Notes: a model not told the origin generated them from the letters alone. Numbered from the stretch's first letter, positions 1-7,740 are shown. The stretch: 13,232 nucleotides of DNA from a bacterium (GCA_043812655.1 JBDRLW010000016.1:1-13232), one strand, 5' to 3'. A program made the numbers and translations.

Positions 1-141
1 GGTTGGATTACAATGAGGTTCGGCCTCATAGCTCGCTGGGGAATCTGACACCGGATGAATTTATCCGAAAGGAGGCAACAGCTGGCTCTTGCAGCCAGAT
101 TTACTCTAATTCATAATGGTACAGCTAATGGGGGAAGGTCA
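1..141 (+). mobile_element. Right end of an IS3-family insertion sequence (IS407-like), cut by the window edge
   Basis: Transposase C-terminus at 3..116, followed by TGGTACAGCTAATGGGGGAAGGTCA ending in CA at 141, matching the 5'-TG...CA-3' ends of IS3 elements. The left end and target duplication are outside the window. Confidence 0.8.
3..116 (+). CDS. IS3-family transposase OrfB, C-terminal fragment (5' partial)
   Basis: The frame from nt 3 reads LDYNEVRPHSSLGNLTPDEFIRKEATAGSCSQIYSNS*. YNxxRPHSSLGxxTP is the characteristic C-terminal motif of IS3/rve integrase cores. Not in the ORF track. Confidence 0.88.
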   Translation: MDYNEVRPHSSLGNLTPDEFIRKEATAGSCSQIYSNS

Positions 142-454
142 CATATCTTTTAAAAAGTTTTTTAACAAAAGCGCTTATTTCTTCACTTTCCTCAAATGGA
201 TCATCCATGCCCGCCTCATTAAGCTTTTCCATAACTGGTTTGTATCGTGAACGATTACCTAAGATTTCTTCAAGGAGTTCTTCTGGTTCCACAAAACCAT
301 TCTTATCCTTGTCATCTATTTTGCCATCTATATATGAATCAGTGTTCCCATCTACCTTTTTTGTTAAATCATTATAATCGGCCAGAAGCCTTTCTCCCTT
401 GTTGGGATAAGGTAGGTTTAAACTTTTATAGATTATTGAAGCCAATTCAGACAT
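125..454 (-). pseudogene. Hypothetical protein with EF-hand-like loop, truncated at its 3' end by the IS3 insertion (native part about 142..454)
   Basis: ATG at 454 with SD GAGGTG 5 nt upstream. Contains DKDKNGFVEPEE (DxDxNGxVxxxE). The terminal residues TFPH* and the TAG stop are read from the IS inverted repeat (125..141). Confidence 0.7.
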
Positions 455-509
455 TGCGCACCTCTTGTTAGATCGTTGATTAATTTCAACTTCTCAACTA
501 TCCAGATAT

Positions 510-536
510 TTATCGTCAAATACTAGCAGATATTTC
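510..536 (-). promoter_or_regulatory. Candidate sigma28/FliA-type promoter for the 454 gene
   Basis: Minus strand reads GAAA-N15-GACGATAA versus consensus TAAA-N15-GCCGATAA: one mismatch per box, exact spacing. Confidence 0.35.
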
Positions 537-562
537 AGCTTGTTTTGTATTAATAATTGTTT

Positions 563-594
563 ATGACCACCGACATCGGGATCGCCCAAGGCAA
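563..594 (+). repeat. Degenerate direct copy of the fhs 5' end
   Basis: 563..589 ATGACCACCGACATCGGGATCGCCCAA versus 1438..1464 ATGACCACCGATATAGAGATCGCCCAA = 24/27 identical, then GGCAA matches after a 2-nt gap. Opens a 26-aa ORF (563..643) beginning MTTDIGIAQ versus Fhs MTTDIEIAQ. Confidence 0.85.
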
Positions 595-640
595 CTTGCA
601 ACCCACTGGGACATATTTTAATTTTACCTCTTCTGATATA

Positions 641-656
641 TAGGACATCTGTCCTA
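641..656. promoter_or_regulatory. Operator-like palindrome upstream of the MNT-HEPN promoter
   Basis: TAGGACA-TC-TGTCCTA, a perfect 7-bp inverted repeat with a 2-nt spacer. Function is inferred. Confidence 0.35.
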
Positions 657-669
657 CCCCAAAGTGAGC

Positions 670-726
670 TGGCAATCAATTAAGACATATATTATAATTG
701 TGTAACAAGATATCGTTTGAGAGGAG
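670..726 (+). promoter_or_regulatory. Sigma70-like promoter and SD for the MNT gene
   Basis: TATAAT at 693..698; weak -35 TGGCAA at 670..675 with a 17-nt spacer; SD GAGGAG at 721..726. Confidence 0.5.
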
Positions 727-732
727 AAAAGA

Positions 733-1062
733 ATGATCGCATCAAATAAAACAATAGAAAAGGCGGTTGAATTCATTAAGGAAAAGATCGCACCGGAAAA
801 AATATACCTTTTTGGTTCATACGCGAATGGAAGCCAAACGGAAAAAAGCGACCTTGATTTTTTTATTATAAAAACAACGAATATCCCTAAATATAAGAGG
901 TCTATGCCTCTGTATTCTATGGACAAAACAAGAAAAATAGGCATTCCAATTGGTATTGATTTTATTGTCTATACGCCTCAAGAGTTTGAAAACAATAAGA
1001 ACGAAAAGAATTCACTTGCCGGAGAAGTATTAAGATCAGGAAAATTACTTTATGCAAAATAA
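733..1062 (+). CDS. Minimal nucleotidyltransferase (MNT) domain protein, putative antitoxin
   Basis: 109 aa; IYLFGSYANGSQTEKSDLD fits the GS-x10-DxD Pol-beta superfamily motif; third acidic site IDFIV; strong SD; overlaps the downstream HEPN gene. Confidence 0.9.
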   Translation: MIASNKTIEKAVEFIKEKIAPEKIYLFGSYANGSQTEKSDLDFFIIKTTNIPKYKRSMPLYSMDKTRKIGIPIGIDFIVYTPQEFENNKNEKNSLAGEVLRSGKLLYAK

Positions 1063-1441
1063 ATCAAACCATAAAAATATATTAATATTAAAAGCTAAAG
1101 AGGATTTTGACGCGGCCAAGAAGCTAATTAAAGAGGGGATATTCTCCGAAGAAATCGTGCTTTTTCATTGTCAGCAAGCAATTGAAAAAGCCTTAAAAGC
1201 TTTTCTTGATTCCAACGGCCTTATTTATCCCAAAAGTCATGATTTAGAAGCATTATTGTCGATGTGCGGAAAAGAAGATCCAACGTTTGAAAATATTGGT
1301 TATATCACCACCCTAACTCCTTTTGCCGTAGATATTAGATATGATGAATTCATTGAAATCAAAAAAGAGGAAATCTTAGAATTTATTAAACAAACAGAAA
1401 CCGCCCTAAGTTTTATCTTAGGTAAAATCCCTTCAAAATGA
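1052..1441 (+). CDS. HEPN domain protein, putative toxin partner of MNT
   Basis: 129 aa; FHCQQAIEKALKAFL, PKSHDL and IRY motifs typical of MNT-associated HEPN proteins; stop overlaps the fhs start (ATGA). Confidence 0.88.
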   Translation: MQNKSNHKNILILKAKEDFDAAKKLIKEGIFSEEIVLFHCQQAIEKALKAFLDSNGLIYPKSHDLEALLSMCGKEDPTFENIGYITTLTPFAVDIRYDEFIEIKKEEILEFIKQTETALSFILGKIPSK

Positions 1442-2994
1442 CCACCGATATAGAGATCGCCCAAAAGGCAAAATTAAAACTGATCGTGAATGTCGCCAAA
1501 GCCGCGGGGATCGATATTGATGATGTTGAGTTGCACGGTTGTTACAAAGCCAAGATCAACCTCAAAGCACTCCAACGGAAGAAAGATAAAAAAGACGGTA
1601 AATTAATCCTTGTTACCGCCATGACGCCGACGCCTCAAGGGGAAGGCAAAACTACTACCACAATCGGCCTGGCTCAAGCTCTGCCAAAATCTTTTGCTTG
1701 TATTAGAGAACCGTCGCTTGGTCCTGTCATGGGGATGAAGGGCGGAGCAGCTGGGGGCGGTTACTCCCAGGTCCTACCGATGGAAGATATTAATCTCCAC
1801 TTAACTTCCGATATGCACATGATCAATTCGGCCCACAATCTTTTAGCCGCGATGATCTACAATCATATTTACCAAGGAAATGAATTGGGGATTGATGAGA
1901 ATCGGATCGTCTGGAAACGAGCGATGGATATCAATGACCGCGCCCTCCGCGGTAGTTTTGAGATCACCGCCGCGTCAGAAGTCATGGCGATCCTCTGTCT
2001 CTCTAAAAACTTGGAAGACATGAAAGCGCGCCTTGGTAAGATCATTGTCGCTTACGACAAAAATGGTAAACCTATCACCGCCGCCGATTTAAAAGCTAAT
2101 GGAGCGATGGCACTTTTGATGTTTGATGCCCTTAAACCAACACTAGTCCAAACCATAGAAGGAGGCCCTGCTTTTGTCCATGGGGGACCATTTGCCAATA
2201 TCGCCCACGGTTGTAACTCGATCGTGGCGACCCAAACCGCTCTAAAGCTCGCTGATTATGTAGTGACCGAAGCTGGTTTTGCCAGTGACCTTGGCGCTGA
2301 AAAGTTCTTTGATATCAAATGTCGGGTTGCAGGATTGAACCCATCAGCCGTTGTTTTAGTTGTGACGAAACAGGCAATTGCCAGGCACGGCTATGAGAAT
2401 GTAGCCAAACATGTTGAAAATATCCACCATTATGGATTACCGGTTGTCATTGCGATCAATAAAAAGGCTGATGATACAGCGGAGGAAATACAGGAAATAG
2501 TTGGTAAGTTGGTTAGTTTGTTAGCAATTCCAGTCGTTGTTTCGGATGCCTGGGCAAAAGGCGGGAAGGGGACTAAGGAACTGGCCAAAGAGGTGATGAA
2601 AGCGGCCGGGACAAAATCAAACTTCAACTTCCTCTATGACTTATCGTCACCTATCAAAGAGAAGATCGAAACAATAGCCACCAAGATCTACGGGGCCGAT
2701 GGGGTTAACTGGTCAGAAAAAGCATTGAGCGATCTTGAACTGATCAATAATCATGGTTTAGGCGGCTTACCAGTCTGTATTGCCAAAACCCAGTATTCGC
2801 TTTCAGATAATCCCAAAGTTTACGGCCGGCCAAAGGGCTTTATGATCAATGTTCGGGAACTCAAGCCTTCTGCCGGCGCTGGTTTTGTCGTCGCCTTAAC
2901 TGGTGATATAATGACTATGCCAGGCCTTCCTAAACACCCAGCCGCAGAAAATATGGATGTGGATGAGAACGGGAAGATCGTGGGATTGTTTTAA
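1438..2994 (+). CDS. fhs: Formate--tetrahydrofolate ligase
   Basis: 518 aa; TPQGEGKTTT P-loop, REPSLGP, KGGAAGGGY, HGGPFANIAHG, EAGF, CIAKTQYS, MTMPGLP and C-terminal GLF. Confidence 0.97.
   Translation: MTTDIEIAQKAKLKLIVNVAKAAGIDIDDVELHGCYKAKINLKALQRKKDKKDGKLILVTAMTPTPQGEGKTTTTIGLAQALPKSFACIREPSLGPVMGMKGGAAGGGYSQVLPMEDINLHLTSDMHMINSAHNLLAAMIYNHIYQGNELGIDENRIVWKRAMDINDRALRGSFEITAASEVMAILCLSKNLEDMKARLGKIIVAYDKNGKPITAADLKANGAMALLMFDALKPTLVQTIEGGPAFVHGGPFANIAHGCNSIVATQTALKLADYVVTEAGFASDLGAEKFFDIKCRVAGLNPSAVVLVVTKQAIARHGYENVAKHVENIHHYGLPVVIAINKKADDTAEEIQEIVGKLVSLLAIPVVVSDAWAKGGKGTKELAKEVMKAAGTKSNFNFLYDLSSPIKEKIETIATKIYGADGVNWSEKALSDLELINNHGLGGLPVCIAKTQYSLSDNPKVYGRPKGFMINVRELKPSAGAGFVVALTGDIMTMPGLPKHPAAENMDVDENGKIVGLF
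2498..2524 (-). repeat. In-frame 4-nt-periodic tract in fhs, (TTNG)n on + = (CNAA)n on -
   Basis: TAG TTGG TAAG TTGG TTAG TTTG TTAG; encodes about VGKLVSLL. Confidence 0.8.
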
Positions 2995-2998
2995 GGAA

Positions 2999-3070
2999 GT
3001 AATGCGAATAGGGTAATGCGTAACGAGGAATAGGGGGAATTCGCATTACCCATTACGAATTACGCTATTC
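2999..3070. repeat. Intergenic palindrome of heptamer repeats (fhs-folE)
   Basis: Left arm GTAATGC GAATAGG GTAATGC GTAACGA; right arm AATTCGC ATTACCC ATTACGA ATTACGC. 3011..3020 pairs perfectly with 3042..3051, and 2999..3009 with 3039..3049. Confidence 0.85.
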
Positions 3071-3078
3071 TATAAATT

Positions 3079-3636
3079 ATGATCAACAAAAAACGAATCG
3101 AAAAAGCAGTCAAAGAAATCTTACTCGCCATTGGCGAAGACATTAATCGCCAGGGAATAAAAGATACGCCTAAACGCGTCGCCGAACTCTACGCCGATCT
3201 TTTCTCCGGCCTCCATTCCGACCCAGCCAAAGCCCTTTCGGTCTTCAAAGAAGGGGAGCATGAAGAGATGGTGATGGTCAAAGATATTCCCTTCCACTCA
3301 ATTTGCGAACACCACCTGGTCCCTTTTGTCGGCAAAGCCCATGTTGTTTATATCCCGACCAAGGGGAGGGTAACAGGGCTTTCCAAACTAGTCAGGGTTG
3401 TTGAAGGCTTTGCCAAGCGGCCGCAAGTCCAGGAGAGATTGACCGGCGAGATCGCTGATTGTTTGATGAATAAACTTGCTCCGCGCGGTGTTCTAGTCGT
3501 CATTGAAGCGGAACACCTTTGCATGTCGATGCGCGGAGTCAAAAAATCAGGGATGAAAGCGATCACCTCCGCCGTCCGCGGCATCTTCCAGAAAGACGAA
3601 AAGACTAGATCTGAAGCTCTCTCATTGATTAAGTAA
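3079..3636 (+). CDS. folE: GTP cyclohydrolase I
   Basis: 185 aa; [26 protein letters not shown] and HLCMSMRG (Zn-ligand motifs). Confidence 0.97.
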   Translation: MINKKRIEKAVKEILLAIGEDINRQGIKDTPKRVAELYADLFSGLHSDPAKALSVFKEGEHEEMVMVKDIPFHSICEHHLVPFVGKAHVVYIPTKGRVTGLSKLVRVVEGFAKRPQVQERLTGEIADCLMNKLAPRGVLVVIEAEHLCMSMRGVKKSGMKAITSAVRGIFQKDEKTRSEALSLIK

Positions 3637-3637
3637 A

Positions 3638-5158
3638 TTAAGGAAGTTTTGCCTGTAAAAAAGAATTCAGTAAAATCTTCGTAGAACTATTAAGCCCATC
3701 TGCATTTTTCTTGATCGTCCGATTTCTGATATCAACCCCCAGCTTTTTCCCTAATTCAACACCAAACTGGTCAAAGCTGTTGATATTCCAGATAAAACCC
3801 TTAACCGCCGCGCGATGTTCGGTCCAGGCGAGAAGGAGTCCGGCCGTAAACGGGTTTAATTCTTCAAGAAGCAAAGAACTCGATGGCCGGTTGCCAGTAA
3901 AGTTCTTGGCTAAATTGCCATCTTCTTTACCAAAGGCTAATGCATCCGGTTGGGCAAAGAAATTCGTCATCAGTTCTTCGTGATGAGTAACACCAGTTTC
4001 GGGGTCTTTAGCAAACTCATATTGCGGCTTGATAAAACCGATAAAATCGCAAGGAATAATTTGCGTCCCTTGGTGGATTAGCTGATAAAAAGAATGTTGT
4101 CCGTTTGTTCCCGGTTCACCAAAAACCACTTCGCCAGTCTCGATTGTTAGAGGGTTCCCTTCGATATCGACTGATTTACCATTGCTCTCCATCTCCACTT
4201 GTTGGGTGTGAGCCGGCAGTTTAGCTAAGCCTTGAGAATATGGCAACAATGCCCGAGTTTTAAACCCAAGATGATTAATATTCCACATATCGATCAAGCC
4301 ACAAAGGACAGGAATATTTTTTTCTAATGGCGTATTTAGAAAATGTTGATCCATCCAGTGGGCCCCTTCAAGGACTTTCTTAAAATTTGCAAAGCCTAAA
4401 TAGAGTGAGAGGGGGAGGGCTCCGACAGCTGAAGTCGCGCTAAACCTGCCACCAACCCAATCCCAAAAGCCAAACATATTAGCCGGGTCGATCCCAAAAG
4501 CTTCAACTTTATCTTTGGCGGTCGATACAGCCGCAAAGTGCTTCTTGATAGCTTCTGGATTATTGTTTAAACCTTTTAAGAGCCAGGCTTTAGCCGTTCT
4601 GGCATTATGCATCGTTTCGGCAGTCGTAAAAGTTTTGGAAACTATAATAAACAAAGTCTCTTCAGGATTAAGATCCTCGGTCTTTTCCTTAAAGTCCGTT
4701 CCATCGATATTCGCCACAAAAATAAGTTTCATGCCGGCTTGGGCATATGGTTTTAACGCCACCGCTAAATATTCCGGCCCAAGATAAGACCCGCCAATCC
4801 CGATCGAAACAATATTCTTCAACTTCTTACCGGTCACACCTAAGCGTTTTCCTGAAAGAACTTCGCCGGAAAACTTTTCGATCTTATCCAAAACTTCTTT
4901 AACTTCTGGCTTCATGTTGGAAAAGTCGCGGAGAGCGACGTGGAGGACAGAACGATTTTCCGTCCGATTGATCTTTTCGCCGGCAAACATCGCTTTGATC
5001 TTGGCCTTCAAGCCTTTCTCTTCGGCTAATTTGAGAAGAAAAGCTAGGTTTTCTTTGGTGATTCTTTGGCGGGAATAATCAAAATAGAGGTGAGGGGCCT
5101 TAACTGAAAAAGTTTCTCCCCGAGTTGGATCAGCCGCAAACGCTTCTTTTAACTCCAT
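3638..5158 (-). CDS. pgi: Glucose-6-phosphate isomerase
   Basis: 506 aa; GIGGS, SKTFTT, DWVGGRFS, EMESNGK, GQHSFYQLIHQG and FDQFGVELGK. Confidence 0.97.
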   Translation of the reverse strand: MELKEAFAADPTRGETFSVKAPHLYFDYSRQRITKENLAFLLKLAEEKGLKAKIKAMFAGEKINRTENRSVLHVALRDFSNMKPEVKEVLDKIEKFSGEVLSGKRLGVTGKKLKNIVSIGIGGSYLGPEYLAVALKPYAQAGMKLIFVANIDGTDFKEKTEDLNPEETLFIIVSKTFTTAETMHNARTAKAWLLKGLNNNPEAIKKHFAAVSTAKDKVEAFGIDPANMFGFWDWVGGRFSATSAVGALPLSLYLGFANFKKVLEGAHWMDQHFLNTPLEKNIPVLCGLIDMWNINHLGFKTRALLPYSQGLAKLPAHTQQVEMESNGKSVDIEGNPLTIETGEVVFGEPGTNGQHSFYQLIHQGTQIIPCDFIGFIKPQYEFAKDPETGVTHHEELMTNFFAQPDALAFGKEDGNLAKNFTGNRPSSSLLLEELNPFTAGLLLAWTEHRAAVKGFIWNINSFDQFGVELGKKLGVDIRNRTIKKNADGLNSSTKILLNSFLQAKLP

Positions 5159-6699
5159 AATATCTTTTGCACTCCTTTATAAATATCATCCCAAAACGCT
5201 TTCCCGCTCCAGCTTTCGATGTATAGCTTCATCTTTGGTTCGGTTCCTGATGGTCGAACCGCAAACCAGGAACTATCCTCAAGAATAACTTTGACGCCGC
5301 CCATAGAGGCATTATTGCCCGGTGCTTTAGTCAAAACCTTGACGATCTTTTTGCCGCCGACCTCACCGTGAATAGAAGCGGGATCAAGATTTTTTAATTT
5401 AATTTTTTGCTCTGGAGTAATTGGGCTATCAACCCGTTTGTAGTAAGGCTCGCCATATCGAGTCGTTAATTCCCGGTATAATTGTGATGGCGTTTTGCCG
5501 GTCTTGGCTAAGATCTCGGCAGAGAGCAGGGCAAGGGAGAATCCATCCTTATCAGTCGTCCAAGTTGATCCATCCATACAAAGTAGAGATGCGCCAGCCG
5601 ACTCTTCGCCGCCAAAAGCCAGTGTTTGTTTTGATAATCCATCAACAAACCATTTAAAGCCGACCGGAACTTCGTATAATTCTCGGCCGAGGCCTGCCAC
5701 AACTTTATCGATCATTGAACTACTCACCAAAGTCTTTCCGATCTTTAAAGACTTGCTCCAGTTTGGACGATTCTTAATTAGATAGCCTATCGCCACCGCT
5801 AAATAATGATTAGGATTCATCAGGCCGTCGGGGGTGACGATTCCGTGCCGATCAAAATCTGGGTCATTGCCGAAAGCAATATCAAACTTATCCTTTAATT
5901 TTATTAAACCGGCCATCGCCTCGGGCGAGGAACAATCCATCCTGATCGTCCCATCGGAATCAAGCGACATAAAACTAAAAGTCGGATCAACGGTTTTATT
6001 AACCACCGTAATATCAAGCCCATACATCTTGGCGATCGGTTCCCAAAAGTGGACGCCAGAACCACCCATGGGATCGGCTCCAATCCTAATCTTCGCCTCT
6101 TTAATAGCTTTTAAATCAATGACCTTGGCTAAGTCAGTAATAAATGGAGTTAGAAAGTCAGCCGCGAAAAAATTAGCAGCTGACTTCGCTTTTTCATAAA
6201 TTATTTTTTTGATCTCTTGTCCCTGGTTTTTCATGATCGCATTGGCCCTGTTCTCGATCCAACCGGTGACATCAGTATCAGCTGGGCCGCCGTGAGTCGG
6301 ATTGTATTTGAACCCGCCATCTTGCGGTCCATTATGGGAAGGAGTGATCACGATCCCATCAGCTTTTCCCTTTGATCTAATGATCATCCGAGAGATAACC
6401 GGGGTGGGGGTAAACTCATTATCTTTAGCGGTAACAACGTGAACTCCATTGGCTACCAAAACTTCAATTGCTGTTTGGAACGCTGGTCCTGACAAAGCAT
6501 GGGTATCAAATCCAATAAATAGCTGTCCCGTTATTCCCTTGCTGGCTCGATATTCGCAGATCGCTTGGGTAATCGCGGCAATGTGCAATTCATTAAATGA
6601 ACCGTTTAGCGACGTTCCCCGATGTCCTGACGTCCCAAACTCCACCGGCTTTTCCGGTGCTTTGTGGTAGTAATCTTCAATCAATTTTTTGATATCCAT
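5149..6699 (-). CDS. pgm: Phosphoglucomutase (alpha-D-glucose phosphate-specific type)
   Basis: 516 aa; FGTSGHRG, TPSHN (phosphoserine), DPDFDR (metal loop), GEESAG and RPSGTE; overlaps the pgi start by 10 nt. Confidence 0.96.
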   Translation of the reverse strand: MDIKKLIEDYYHKAPEKPVEFGTSGHRGTSLNGSFNELHIAAITQAICEYRASKGITGQLFIGFDTHALSGPAFQTAIEVLVANGVHVVTAKDNEFTPTPVISRMIIRSKGKADGIVITPSHNGPQDGGFKYNPTHGGPADTDVTGWIENRANAIMKNQGQEIKKIIYEKAKSAANFFAADFLTPFITDLAKVIDLKAIKEAKIRIGADPMGGSGVHFWEPIAKMYGLDITVVNKTVDPTFSFMSLDSDGTIRMDCSSPEAMAGLIKLKDKFDIAFGNDPDFDRHGIVTPDGLMNPNHYLAVAIGYLIKNRPNWSKSLKIGKTLVSSSMIDKVVAGLGRELYEVPVGFKWFVDGLSKQTLAFGGEESAGASLLCMDGSTWTTDKDGFSLALLSAEILAKTGKTPSQLYRELTTRYGEPYYKRVDSPITPEQKIKLKNLDPASIHGEVGGKKIVKVLTKAPGNNASMGGVKVILEDSSWFAVRPSGTEPKMKLYIESWSGKAFWDDIYKGVQKILWS

Positions 6700-6727
6700 A
6701 TAATAATTATACTATACTATATCTATC
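6700..6727. promoter_or_regulatory. Overlapping divergent -10 boxes; probable leaderless promoters for pgm and the small ORF
   Basis: Minus strand: TATAAT at 6706..6711, then 6 nt to the pgm ATG. Plus strand: TATACT at 6708..6713 and 6713..6718, the latter 9 nt before ATG 6728. No SD on either strand. Confidence 0.6.
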
Positions 6728-6904
6728 ATGACTCCAAAAGGCCAAATGCCAAGGACTAAATACCCCAAACTGCGGGCTTGGGGCAAGCCAACCCGTAAAG
6801 TCATGACGATGGTTATTCCTTCTAAAAAAGAAAAGTTGGCAAAAAGAGCCGCCATAAAAAAACAAACAAGAGAGGAGGTAGAAAAGACATTAAAGGAAAA
6901 GTGA
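6728..6904 (+). CDS. Small basic hypothetical protein (58 aa), absent from the ORF track
   Basis: MTPKGQMPRTKYPKLRAWGKPTRKVMTMVIPSKKEKLAKRAAIKKQTREEVEKTLKEK*. Fills the space between the divergent promoter and the palindrome; K/R-rich. An alternative start at ATG 6746 is possible. Confidence 0.65.
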   Translation: MTPKGQMPRTKYPKLRAWGKPTRKVMTMVIPSKKEKLAKRAAIKKQTREEVEKTLKEK

Positions 6905-7014
6905 ATTGTCGATTGGTTGGGCGGCTGGAATAGTCAGTTGTTGATAGTCATTAGTCAGAAAACCATCCACAAAAAACCATCGACCATTCTAGTCGCTCAA
7001 CCCATCAACCATCA
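6905..7014. repeat. Intergenic imperfect palindrome with partly heptamer-periodic arms, upstream of the glycosyltransferase
   Basis: 6911..6935 GATTGGTTGGGCGGCTGGAATAGTC against 6982..7006 GACCATTCTAGTCGCTCAACCCATC: 20 Watson-Crick pairs, 3 G-U and 2 mismatches on + RNA. The right arm has recurring CCATC units. Confidence 0.8.
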
Positions 7015-7017
7015 AAA

Positions 7018-7737
7018 ATGAATCATATTAATCTAGCTGGTTTAGAAATTGACAACGTAACATTAAAAGAAGCAACCAATAAAGTTGAAGTCTTCATTGC
7101 TTCCGGTCAACCGCATCTGCTCGTTACTCCCAATCCCGAGATCATTGTCTCTTCTCAAGAAGATGAAGAATTAAAAGAGATCATTAATTCAGCCGATCTG
7201 CGAATTCCCGACGGCATCAGCATGGTTGTTGTCTCCAAGCTCCTGGGCACGCCTTTAAAAGAACGGGTCTCGGGCATTGATCTGATGCTAGAGATAATTA
7301 AGTTGAGCGCCCGTAAAGGTTATAAAATATTTTTGCTTGGGAGCGCTCCTGGGATCGCCGCCAGCGCCGCTCAAAAGCTGGTAACCAAGCATCCAAACCT
7401 TAAGATCGTTGGTACGCTTGATGGTTATTTTAAGGAAGACGAGAATATTATCTGTAAGATAAAAGCCGTTAAACCGGACATTCTTTTTGTCGGCCTCGGT
7501 GGGGGACGGCAAGAAAAATGGTTACACAGAAATCTTGATGAATTAAATATCAGAGTTGGCATGGTTATTGGCGGCAGTCTCGACGTCATTTCCGGCCAAA
7601 AGAAAAGGGCGCCGGTTATTTTCCAAAAGCTTTACATCGAATGGCTTTATCGTCTCATTACCGAACCTGGGCGCTGGAAACGACAGCTGGCCTTACCTAA
7701 ATTTCTTTATTTGACATTAATAAGGCCATTTTTATAA
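7018..7737 (+). CDS. WecB/TagA/CpsF (WecG-like, GT26) glycosyltransferase
   Basis: 239 aa; VTPNPE, IPDG, ERVSGIDL, FLLG, GYF, VGLGGGRQE and EWLYRLITEPGRWKR. Confidence 0.93.
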   Translation: MNHINLAGLEIDNVTLKEATNKVEVFIASGQPHLLVTPNPEIIVSSQEDEELKEIINSADLRIPDGISMVVVSKLLGTPLKERVSGIDLMLEIIKLSARKGYKIFLLGSAPGIAASAAQKLVTKHPNLKIVGTLDGYFKEDENIICKIKAVKPDILFVGLGGGRQEKWLHRNLDELNIRVGMVIGGSLDVISGQKKRAPVIFQKLYIEWLYRLITEPGRWKRQLALPKFLYLTLIRPFL

Positions 7738-7740
7738 GTT

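Noticed and set aside
125..127. TAG readthrough or recoding of the 125..454 ORF
   Set aside because: The stop lies inside the IS3 terminal repeat, so insertion explains it. The housekeeping genes translate intact with the standard code.
247..944. ORFs 247..471 (+), 494..679 (-) and 654..944 (-)
   Set aside because: They are antisense to better-supported genes or span promoter DNA, with non-ATG or unsupported starts and no motifs.
2999..3070. Possible CRISPR array, or THF/purine/ZTP riboswitch between fhs and folE
   Set aside because: No 23-47 nt repeats with unique spacers and no cas genes. The sequence is explained by 7-nt repeats and I see no riboswitch consensus. An Rfam scan would be decisive.
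3634..3640. Convergent folE and pgi stops 1 nt apart with no terminator
   Set aside because: Common in compact genomes; no additional structure seen.
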